Assembly (NCBI GenBank): GCA_051313645.2 | Contig: JBNRSN020000029.1 | Coordinates: 23,126,001 to 23,190,000 of the forward strand | DNA: 64,000 nt | Source of the DNA: Centroscyllium fabricii | Taxonomy: Eukaryota | Direction: 5' to 3' | Part shown: positions 25,470 to 36,268 of the stretch, one piece after another | Layout of the letters: each line of letters begins with the position of its first letter | Numbering within the stretch: the first letter of the stretch is position 1 | Made by a program: the position numbers and the translations under genes | Notes under the pieces: generated by a model | Databases searched by the model: none | The model's input: the letters and a program-made list of their open reading frames with translations, nothing else | What the model was told of the DNA's origin: nothing

Positions 25470-25850
25470 CATTGGTCAGATTACCTTTCTCAGCTACCCG
25501 CGTGGCTGCCTCATCTGGGCATGCATTGCCCTGTTGGTGTCGGTCAGTAAACTTCTTGTTTGCTTTAATTTATTATTGCGCACTGTTGGGGAAGGAGAGA
25601 GGCTCCTTCGAATTCCTCGGTTATATTCTCGTGTCTTATGGGTCCTCCTCCTGATGTCAGATATACTCGACTCCTCCAGGCTACCATGTAATCAGGCACC
25701 ACCCCAAAGGCATAACGACTATCTATATATGTTTACAGTTTTTCCTTTGGCTAGCCTCAAGGCTTCGGTGAGAGCCACCAAGTCTGCTACCTGAACCGAT
25801 AGGCTTCCTTCTGGCCGACCTTCCGTTTTAACCTGTCGGTTGCCATTGTA
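25470..25850 (-). pseudogene. ERV RNase H copy 1
   Basis: Manual translation gives [54 protein letters not shown]. Confidence 0.8.
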
Positions 25851-25879
25851 ATGATCCTTACTGTGCTAGGTATAGATGT

Positions 25880-26345
25880 GGAATGGCATATTCTGGTCTG
25901 GTAATCCCGGGGCAGGAGCATTTAAGAGGGATTGTTTAACTTTACAATAGCTGTTTCATGTTCGGGGCCCGAGTCCACCAGCTCCTGGAATGGTTTCCCC
26001 CATTTAATCAAATCCTGTAGGGGAATTTTCCTCGCAACTTTAGCCTTTTGTATTTACCACATCTTCCAGATCAAAATCTGACATAGCTGCTTGTAAGCAC
26101 GGGAGACTATAACAACTGTGAGAAATCAAAATACGGAGCCAGTGTTTGCATGCTGCTCCTGCTAGATGTCCTGTCTGTCCTAGAGCTCATCCCATGACCA
26201 CACGTCGCACTGATTCTGATTATTTATCCCTGGCTCTCAAGGTACTGTTCTTTATGTATTCAAGGTAGATTACTTCGTCCTTCCCTACCTGTACCTTTCT
26301 AAGGTTTACTTTTAGTCCCGCATTCTGTAGGGCTCCCATTACCAT
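25880..26345 (-). pseudogene. ERV reverse transcriptase C-terminal fragments
   Basis: ALQNAGLKVNLRKVQVGKDEVIYL and GPEHETAIVKL..APAPGLPD. Confidence 0.7.
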
Positions 26346-28108
26346 AGTCAATTAAACATTGTAGAGGTAACTGCCACTATTGGATATTCTCATGAAGCGG
26401 AGTTATCTTGTTCAGTGCAGACTACACAAATTTACACCAAACAGAATTTCACCGTGGCCTCAATGAAAGCTTGGTTTTAATAGGTTAATTATCCTCATAA
26501 CTTCAATTTAAACCAGCTCAATGTTTTAAACTAACTAATGTTACATGGAAAAGATAGAAGGAAGTCACATTAATAAAAAAACAATCACTCATGCCTTATA
26601 AACATTCACATTCAAATTCCTTTTCTTCCAGGCACACTGGCAACTGTAACTCCAGGCTGAACCTTATCTTTTGTAAAATAATGTACAGACAAAACAAAAG
26701 AAAATAGCACATTCTTGCAGAAAACAGTAAGTTGTGTCATATTTCCTATTGTCCTTTCTTCGGACGTCTTTCCAAAATACTGTAAACACATTGAATACAA
26801 CTGGAGATAAAATAGTTTTTCACATTTAAGCAAATCAAATCAAATTGCTTTGGAAGATTTCACCACAACAACCACAACTCCAAATTTAAATCTTAGACTG
26901 AAACTTAATCATTTGTTTAAAAAAATGCTGTTGCTCTTCTCAGTTTTTACACAGCAGCTTAACTTAAATTGTAGTCGTTTTTTTTTCATTCTGGGGGCAG
27001 AATCTTATTCGAACATTATTAAAACTTCCAGAATCCAAGACAAGACTGTAGCTTTAAATGCCTTTTTAAAACAGAGACATGCGTGGAGGTGAAACACACA
27101 CATTTCTTTGTGTTTTGTAAGGACAGACTTTCAGAAAGAGGAATACTGTAACTTCTTGAACCTCCATAGTCAGGAAAACTTTCACAGTTTAACATACACT
27201 GTCACACAAAATAAAATTCCAGCAGTTTTTAAGGGTCCTTTCACTCAGCAAATGTTGTGTTATTTTGTCTTGGCACAGATGTTAATAACTTCCATGTCGG
27301 TAAAACTTTAAATGTATCTTTTTTTTCTTTGTTACATCAGTGACTCAGCAGCTTTGCCAGGATTTTAGCTTCTGACTTAATTCTTAATGGTTCTTACGTT
27401 ACTCTATCATTCACCCAAACACACTTATTTTGCGCGCACTCACTCATAACGGGATCCCGATCCCGTGGTGTTTGTAGTTCCCTACACCTAATTGATCCTG
27501 GCTATCATGTGGGACTAAATCCTCTTAATTCAGACTCAGGCTAGGTGTTTGAGATAGCCCACCATCCTTGTCTGTGTCGATCACCCCTGACTATCAAGGA
27601 TCCAATCTTATACTTTATCAGAACAATGACACAAAACTTACACTGTAAATAGTAAAGCACTTATACTCTAAACACCCTTAAATTGAATCACTGCAGATCG
27701 TTACTCATTATTTTTATATTCTATGTTTCTAAAGCAGTTTCCTTGAGGGTTTCTAAATCCTCTAGCGCTTTCCCACCTGGGTTTCTAAATGCTTTAGCAC
27801 TTTCCCTCCCGAGAGTTTCTATACTCCTCGGGTCAGTTTGTTCCCACTTAGTACATCAACCGCGGCTTTATAAATTAAAATGCATCGTATTGGTCCACAC
27901 CTGAAGCCTGTTGTTCCTTCAGTCGCTGTTCTTTGTTTATACTACCGCTACCCCAATCCACCTTGCGGGCTTTTGCATTAAGGGTGAATATTACTACTTA
28001 CCCTACTGTGTATGTCATTGTGGAGGATCGATCAGCAGTTCGGCGATATTCCACTTCTGACACCAAGTTGTAAGAGAGGAAAATCAGGAAGGAAACGCAG
28101 AGGGTATA

Positions 28109-28123
28109 CCACTTCTGACACCA
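28109..28123 (-). other. ERV primer-binding site (tRNA-Leu type); duplicate at 28051-28065
   Basis: The minus strand reads TTACA-ACT-TGGTGTCAGAAGTGG, complementary to the vertebrate tRNA-Leu 3' end ..CCACTTCTGACACCA as I recall it. Confidence 0.75.
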
Positions 28124-28861
28124 AGTTGTAAGCGAGGACATTCTGGAAGCAAAACCAGAACTAACAGACTCAGGTGTTTCCCAGATCAATAGTTTATTTT
28201 TACGAGTGCACACAGGAGAACTATCTCAGCTACCCTTAGCTGGAGAAATCTTTCTCAAGGGAAAAAGTGGCAATATAGCTTAGTTTATGCACTTTATTAG
28301 ACAACACCCATTTATTACTAATATGGGTGTATACATGATAATATTGAAACATCATTGGTTTATATGATTAATCAAACACCTATTCGGCCTATCCTTTGAA
28401 CTTGAGTACCCTGTGGATATGTCACTAAGACGCTTATGGGCTGCAGAGGCTTCATTCTAACTTCTGTATTTCTGAGCTATCTCTTACTCTTGTTATCAGT
28501 ATGGGAAGATATTTTCAGCAGAGACATGGCTGGAAAACTACAAAGTCACAGTCAGTTATGTAGCCTGCTGACTACCGTTCAAGTCCGAACTTGCTGTTAT
28601 TCATTAATCGTGACTTTGTACTCTTATCTCTTGCAAGAACAGATTCTTTCTAAACAGTTACTCAGTGTAACCACAAGGAACACTCCAGAATGTCTTTGGT
28701 CAGATTCATTTATTTGTTTGCTTAAAAAGGGTTAACATTCCACGGTACTTTGCACTGGTTTCCAGCCTAAAAATACTGAATGGTACTTTTCAGACATATT
28801 ATACCGGCGAAATATTGAGGCCCAACCCTTTATATCCCCTAAACCAAATGTTGTCCTAACA

Positions 28862-29677
28862 TCCTCCCACATCTGTCACGCTCCCCCTCCCGCTCTGTCA
28901 CTCTCCCACTCCCCCCTCTGTCACTCTCCCCTACCCACTTCTGTAACTTTCGCCCTCCCCCCTTTGTTGCTCTACCCACCCTCCCTCTGTCGTTCTCCCC
29001 CTCCTCGCCTCTGTCACTCTGACGCTCCCCAACACTTTCGCTCTCCCCCTCCCCCATGTCACACACCCCCTGCCCCACTCTGCCGCTCACCCTCTCCCCC
29101 CTCTGTCACTCTCCCACTCCCCCCTCTGTTACTCTCCACTCCCCCCTCTGTTGCTCTCCCCCTCCCCACTTTGTTGCTGCCCCCTGTCGCTCTCCCCCTC
29201 CCCCTTCGGTCGCGCTCCCCTCCCAGCCTATGTCGCTCTCCCCCTCCACTCTGACGATCTCTACATCTCACATGTCGCTCTCCCCCACCACTCTCTGTCA
29301 CACTCACCCTCCCGCTCTGTCACTCTCCCCCCCTCCGGCGTTGTCCCCCTCCCACCTGCTATTGCTCGCTTCCTCCCTCGCTGTCACACTCCCCCCAGCC
29401 ACCGTCGCTCTCCCCCTCACTCCTGCCATGCTCTCCCCCTCCCAATCTGTCACGCTCCCCCCGACCCATGTTGTCTCTCTACACCCCCTACTCCAAGCCA
29501 CCGCCATCGCTCTGCTCCCTCTAAACCCTCTTCCCCATCTCTGCCCAGTCCCCCCTCTCCCAGTTCTCACCTCTCACCCTTCCTATCGATCAGCCCATCC
29601 CGTCGCTCGCCCCTCCCGTCGTTCCCCCCTCCCGTCGCTTGCCCCCTCCCATCGCTCTCCCCACTGTCATCGCTCCC
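28862..29677. repeat. CT-rich satellite, continuation
   Basis: Same CCCTCTGTCACTCTCC/CTGTCGCTCTCC core. Confidence 0.88.
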
Positions 29678-30990
29678 ATAAGAACATAAGAACATAAGAA
29701 ATAGGAGCAGGAGGCACTAATCGGCCCCTCGAGCCTGCTCCGCCATTCAACAAAGTTCATTGCTGATTTGAACCTAACCTCAATTTTACTTTTACTCTGC
29801 ATCCCGCCTGAACCCATGTGATGACGCGGGAGAGGCGAAAAAGCAGATGAAAAACCCAGTGGCCAATTTGGGAGACAAAATCTGGGAAATTCCTCTCTGA
29901 CCCATCTAGCTGATCGAAAACTGGTCCAGGAGATCACATGGCCGATCTGAACCGAGCCTCACGTCTACTTACCTGCCCGCTCACCATAACCCCTAATTCC
30001 CTTTACTTCCAGGAAACTGTCTATCTCAGTTTTAAATGTATTCAATGTAGTAGCTTCCACAGCTATCTGAGGCAGCAAATTCCACAGCCCCACCACCCTC
30101 TGAGTGAAGAAGGTTCTCCTCATCTCAGTTTTGAAATGGCAACCTCTTATTTTAAGATTATGACCCCTAATCCTAGTATCACCCACCATTGGAAACATCC
30201 TCATCGCATCCACCCGATCAAGCCCTCTCACAATCCTCTATGTTTCAATAAGATCATCTCTTATTCTTCTGAACTCCAATGAGTAGAGGCTCAATCTACT
30301 CAACCTCTCGTCATATGTCAGCCCCCTCATACCCGGAATTAATGCAGTGAACCTTCTTTGCACTGCCTCGAGAGCAAGTATGTCCTTTCTCAAATATGGA
30401 TACCAGAACTGCACGCAGTACTCCAGGCGTGGTCTCACCAATATCTTGTACAACTGCAGCAAGACCTCGCTGCTTTTATACTCCATCCCCTTAGCAATAA
30501 AAGCCAACATTCCATTGGCCTTCCTGACCACCTGCGGCACCTGCATACTAACTTTTTGTGTTTCCTGCACCAGGACCCCCAGATCGCGTTGCACTGAAGT
30601 ACTTTACAGTTCCTTTCCATTTAGATAATAACTCATTCTATTATTTTCCTTCCAAAGTGCATAACTTTACACTTTCCAGTATAATAATCTATCTGCCAAA
30701 TCTCTGCCCACTCACTTAGCCAATCTATATCCTTTTGCAGGTTTTTAATTTCCTCCTCACTCATCGCACTCCCTCCCATCTTTGGGTGATCCGCAAACAT
30801 TGATATGTTGCACTCGGTCCCCTCCTCCAAATCATTCATACAGATTGGAAAGAGTTGGGGTCCCAGCACCGACCCTTGCGGAACAGCACTAGTCACTGAC
30901 TGCCAGGCTGAGACCGAACCATTTATCCCAACTCTCTGTTTTCTGTTAGAAACCCAATCCTCCACCCATGCCAGAATATTACTCCCAATG
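29678..30990 (-). mobile_element. 5'-truncated CR1 LINE with complete 3' end
   Basis: ORFs 29965-31022 (VPQGSVLGPQLF, FADHPK, VRPRLEYCVQFW) and a (TTATGTTC)n tail at 29678-29700. Confidence 0.92.
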
Positions 30991-31129
30991 CTGTGATTTT
31001 TATCTCCTCTCCGACCCATCACTCTGATGCCCCTTCAATCACTCTACTGCCCCATCCCGTCGCCCTCCACCCCTCCCGTCACCCTCCTCCCACTCACCTC
31101 GCTCCCCCTCACTACCCTTCGCTCTCACC

Positions 31130-31608
31130 CTCCCATCGCTCTCACCAATACATCGCTCTAAACCCTCCCATCGCTCTCACCCTCCCATCGCTCTAAACCC
31201 TCCCATCGCACTCACCCTCTCATCGCTCTAAACCCTCCCATCGCTCTGAGCCCTCCCATCGTTCTAAACCCTCCCATCGCTCTCACCCTCCCATCGCTCT
31301 CACCCTCCCATCGCTCTAAACCCTCCCATCGCTCTAAACCCTCCCATCGTTCTAAACCCTCCCATCGCTCAAAACCCTCCCATCGCTCTCGCCCTCCCAT
31401 CGCTCTAAACCCTCCCATCGCTCTAAACCCTCCCATCGTTCTAAACCCTCCCATCGCTCTAAATCCTCCCATCGTTCTAAACCCTCCCATCGTTCTAAAC
31501 CCTCCCATCGCTCTAAACCCTCCCATCGCTCTAAACCCTCCCATCGTTCTAAACCCTCCCATCGTTCTAAACCCTCCCATCGTTCTAAACGCTCCCATCG
31601 CTCTCACC
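31130..31608. repeat. Homogeneous 18-bp minisatellite (CCCTCCCATCGCTCTAAA)n
   Basis: About 25 units. The minus strand translates spuriously as RAMGGF repeats. Confidence 0.93.
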
Positions 31609-32203
31609 TGTAACGGTTGTAGGTTGGGCCCAAATGCAATACACCGAAAACATACGTAGAAGTAAACTCCTTTATTTCTGAGCAGTCAAAGACATAGGAA
31701 ACAGTAGGTCAATAACGGCAGAAAGTCCACGGGAGCGACAAATCGAAAACAGAGTTCAAGCGGAAGAGAATCCAAATTCAGAAACAGTATAATACCGGGT
31801 AGTCCGTCCACGGGAGCGACAAATCAAAAACAGAGTTCAAGCAGAAGAGAATCCAAATTCAGAAACAGTATAATACCGGGTAGTCCGTCCAAGGGAGCGA
31901 CAAATCCAAAACAGAGTTCAAGCAGAAGAGAATCCAAAATTCCAGGAAGCAGGTCAGTATCTCGAACAGACAGGGTCAGAGAGCTAGGAACTAAACACAG
32001 GTATCACAGTCAGAAAGAATAAACGATCTGGCAACCTCTAGGTGGAAAGTAGGAGCTTATATACAGCTCTTGATTACTACTGGTTAATCTGGGCTGTTCA
32101 ATCAGGTGTAGGCAGTAGCTAACGAGGTGATAACCAGTTAAAGGGGAAGAGCCAACCTAGGAGTTAAAGGGGAATAGCCAACCTATGACAGAACCCCCCC
32201 CCC

Positions 32204-35200
32204 TCAAGGGACTGCTCCCGACGTCCCAAACCCCAAATGCCGGAGTCGGGTGGGCGGAGGGGGGCGGAGGAGGGACCAACATTCCTCAGGAGCCTCATCC
32301 ACGTCCATTTCATCACAAGAATGAAGGGAATTCTCCTCATCAGAGGATTGCACCTCCTCGTTCAGGGTTTCAAGAGAATGCACGGAACCGGGCCCTTGCC
32401 CAGATTCCCCAGGGGGCGCAGTCCTCCTACTCGGCTGGTCGGGATGCCTTCTGTGGAAGTCGGCCATAAGCTGAGGATCAACTTTGTGATGAGCAGGAAC
32501 CCAGGACCTCTTCTCTGGACCATACCCCTCCCAGTTCACCAGGTACTGAAGTCCTCTCCCTCGACGATGGGAGCGAAGTAGGCGATGAACAGTGTAGACC
32601 AACCCACCGTCGAGCATACGAGGAGGCGGAGGGGGCGTGGCAACAGGCACCAAAATACTCTCTTGTGCTGGTTTGACCAGTGACACATGAAAAGTGGGAT
32701 GAACCCGCATGGATCGACGAAGCTTGAGTCTCACTGCCGCTGGGTTGATGACCTTCTGGATCTCGAAGGGCCCGATAAATCTGGGAGCTAGCTTCTTAGA
32801 CTCCACCTGGATGGGCAGGTCCTTAGTGGAGAGCCACCCCCTCTGCCCAGCCTGATAGTTAGGAGCCTCCGAGCGACGACGGTTGGCAGCAGCCGAGTAG
32901 CGGTCCGCCGAGCGAAGCAACGAAGTCCGTGCCTGGTCCCATGTCTGGCGACAACGATGAATAAATGACTGGACGGACGGACAGGAAACCTCCCTCTCCA
33001 GGTCCGGAAACAATGGGGGCTGGAATCCATAGGCGCACTGGAACGGGGAGAGTCCGGTGGCGGAACTGGTCAGGGTGTTGTGAGCGTACTCTACCCACAG
33101 GAGTAGCTGGGACCAGGAAGAGGGATTCTGGGAGACCATACATCGGAGAGCCTTCTCCATCTCCTGATTTATACGTTCAGACTGCCCGTTGGACTGCGGG
33201 TGAAAACCCGACGACAGGCTGACTGTGGCCCTGATCAGACTGCAGAACTCCCTCCAGAATACTGAAGTAAACTGAGGACCCCGATCAGAGAATACGTCGA
33301 CAGGAAGACCATGAAGACGGAAAACATGTTGCAGCATAAGTTCAGCCGTCTCCTTCGCCGAGGGCAGTTTAGGCAGAGGTATGAAATGGGCCATCTTGCT
33401 GAATCGGTCCACCACTGTCAGGATAGTGGTTAGTCCCTTGGATGGGGGCAGACCGGTAACAAGGTCCAAGGATATGTGGGACCAAGGACGATGTGGTACC
33501 AGCAGAGGTTGCAGAAGACCAGCGGGAGCCCGATGAGACGGCTTGTGTTGATTGCAGACCGAGCAGGCGTTGACAAACACCCGGGTGTCTTCCTCCAGAG
33601 TATCCCACCAGAACCTCCGCAGTATAACCTCCTTGGTCCTTTGAGCCCCCGGATGGCAGGAAAGCTTGGAAGCATGGGCCCACTGGAGAACATCAGGTCG
33701 AAGGTTCTTGGGAATGAATAGACGGTCGCGAGGACAACCGCTGGGTCCAGACCGATCTTCCATGGCTGATCTCACCCTCTCCTCGATCTCCCACGTAACA
33801 GCAGCAATCAGACAAGGAGCTGGAAGAATGAGGTCAGATCCAGGAGCGGAACTCTCCTCCTTCTGGAACTGGCGGGACAGAGCATCAGGCTTGATGTTGC
33901 GAGAACCAGGCCGGTAGGAGAGTGTGAAGTTGAAACGGGTAAAGAAGAGGGACCACCTAGCCTGCCGTGAATTCAGCCTCTTGGCCGTTCGAATGTATTC
34001 AAGGTTTTTATGGTCTGTCCAGACTAGGAACGGCAGCTTGGTCCCCTCTAGCCAATGGCGCCACTCCTCCAATGCCATTTTGACCGCCAGTAACTCCCGG
34101 TTCCCGATGTCATAATTCATCTCAGCCGAGGACAGGCGTTTGGAAAAATAGGCACAGGGATGTAGCTTTTGGTCGGAAGCCGAATGTTGGGACAGAATAG
34201 CTCCTACTCCAACATCTGATGCGTCCACCTCTACCACGAACTGCTGATCCGGATCAGGCACCTGGAGGATGGGAGCAGAGGTGAACCGGGACCTGAGACC
34301 TCAAAAAGCCTCCTCCGCTGCAGAAGAGCACAGGAACAGCACGTTAGAGGAGGTAAGAGCCAATAACGGGGCCGCTACCATGCTGTCGCTGCGAATGAAC
34401 CGTCGATAAAAATTAGCGAATCCCAGAAACCGCTGTAGCTGTTTACGTGTCTCTGGAATAGGCCATGACGCGACAGCTGACACCTTCTCTGGATCCATCT
34501 GCACGCTCCCCTGCGCAATGATGTACCCCAAGAAAGATACGGTAGTGACGTGAAACTCACACTTCTCCGCCTTCACAAATAATGAGTTCTCGAGAAGCCG
34601 TTGCAGGACAGTCTGGACATGGTGAACATGCTCCTCACGAGACTTAGAAAAGATTAAAATGTCGTCCATGTACACGAACACAAACCGGTTCAGCATGTCT
34701 CTTAATACGTCATTAACCAAGGCTTGGAATACCGCCGGGGCGTTGGTTAACCCGAACGGCATTACGAGGTATTCATAATGTCCAGAGGGAGTGTTGAAAG
34801 CAGTCTTCCATTCATCGCCCTCTCGGATCTGGACCAGATGATAGGCGTTATGAAGGTCCAGCTTAGTAAAGATGGTCGCCCCCTGTAGCAACTCAAAAGC
34901 AGAAGGGATGAGAGGAAGAGGATACCGGTTCTTTATCGTGATGTCATTAAGACCCCTGTAGTCGATGCATGGTCGCAGCGACCCGTCCTTCTTACGCACA
35001 AAAAAGAATCCAGCCCCAGCAGGTCATGAAGAGGAACAGATGATCCCCGCCGCCATGGAGTCGCTGATGTACGTTTCCATGGCCTCCCTCTCAGGTGCAG
35101 ACAAGGAATACAGGCATCCCTTGGGTGGGGAAGACCCTGGCAGCAGATCAATGACGCAGTCATAGGGGCGATGTGGAGGCAGAGACGTGGCTCTAGCTTT

Positions 35201-35758
35201 GCTGAATACCTCCCTAAAATCGTGTTATTCAGTGGGAACCACTGAAAGATCTGAAACGGGATGAGGTGTTAATGGCTGTTGGAGGACGGTAGCCTGTTTC
35301 AGACAGACCTGGTGACAGGAGGAACTCCACCCCAAAATAGCTCCCGTGTTCCAGTCAATGTGGGGGTTGTGGCGGCGAAGCCAAGTGTGTCCCAGAATCA
35401 AAGGAAGCCGAGGTGATTTCAGGATATGAAACTGAATACTTTCATGATGATTACCAGACATAAGCATGTGAACCAGTGAGGTCTGATGTGTCACCGTTCC
35501 CAGGAGGTGACCGTCGAGGGCATTGGCAGGAACCGGCTGCGGCAGTGGAACCCGGTCAATCTCCAGCTGTGTGACAAGATCCTCATCAATAATGTTAACG
35601 TCGGCTCCAGAGTCAATAAAGGTGACGAGAGTCTGGGATCCCCTGGGAAGAAGAAGTCTGGCCTGGCACAAGGGTCGTGGATTGGGAGAGAGTCTTGTAG
35701 GAGTTCGACTCACCAGTACGACCCCATCTACTGGTGAGTCTGGCCTTTTGCTGGGCAT
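32204..35758 (-). pseudogene. Element A pol (PR-RT-RH-IN-chromodomain), fragmented
   Basis: FIDSGA, YMDD, EVDASD, HPG..CSVC, SDRGPQF and chromodomain [17 protein letters not shown]. Stops or frameshifts separate ORFs 35225-35758, 34301-34999 and 32204-34261. Confidence 0.93.
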
Positions 35759-36268
35759 TGGGAAACAAAATGGCCGGCCTGGCCGCAGTACAAACAGAGA
35801 TTCCCCTGGTGGCGTCGTTCATGCTCCACCAATGAGAGACTGGTGTGACCCAACTGCATTGGTCCGCGGCCCACTGGCTGTGACCCTGCTGTCGCAGTAG
35901 ACCTGGGCACCACGAATATCTCTTGAGACCATTTCGGAGGAGGTTGACCAGTCGTTCCCAGTCATCTCTCACGTCGACGCGCCTGGATACGGAGATCGAT
36001 CCTGGTGGCAAGACTAATTCGTTCATCCAGGGTGGAAGGGAGATCATAGGAGACCAGTTCATCCTTGATGTACTCTGCAAGCCCATGAAAAAAAAGTCAC
36101 ATAATGCAGCAGAGTTCCAATCACACTTACGAGCTCTGATTCGGAAGTCTATGGAATAGTCGGCCACTGTCTGATTACCCTGGCTCAGATTCCTGAGTCT
36201 CCGAGCTGCTTCAGAGTCGTAGGTCACCATGCTGAACACCTTTCTTAATTCGATGGCGAACCTCTGGA

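Larger units (their letters stand above)
19533..28861 (-). mobile_element. Degenerate endogenous retrovirus (LTR-pol-env-LTR)
   Basis: Two colinear but diverged LTRs (19533-~20253 and 28127-28861). Also a PBS, a purine tract next to the left LTR, and RT, RNase H, integrase and env remnants on the minus strand. Confidence 0.88.

Noticed and set aside
31212-31607. RAMGGF repeat protein; telomere-like TAAACCC
   Set aside because: It is an 18-bp minisatellite, not (TTAGGG)n.
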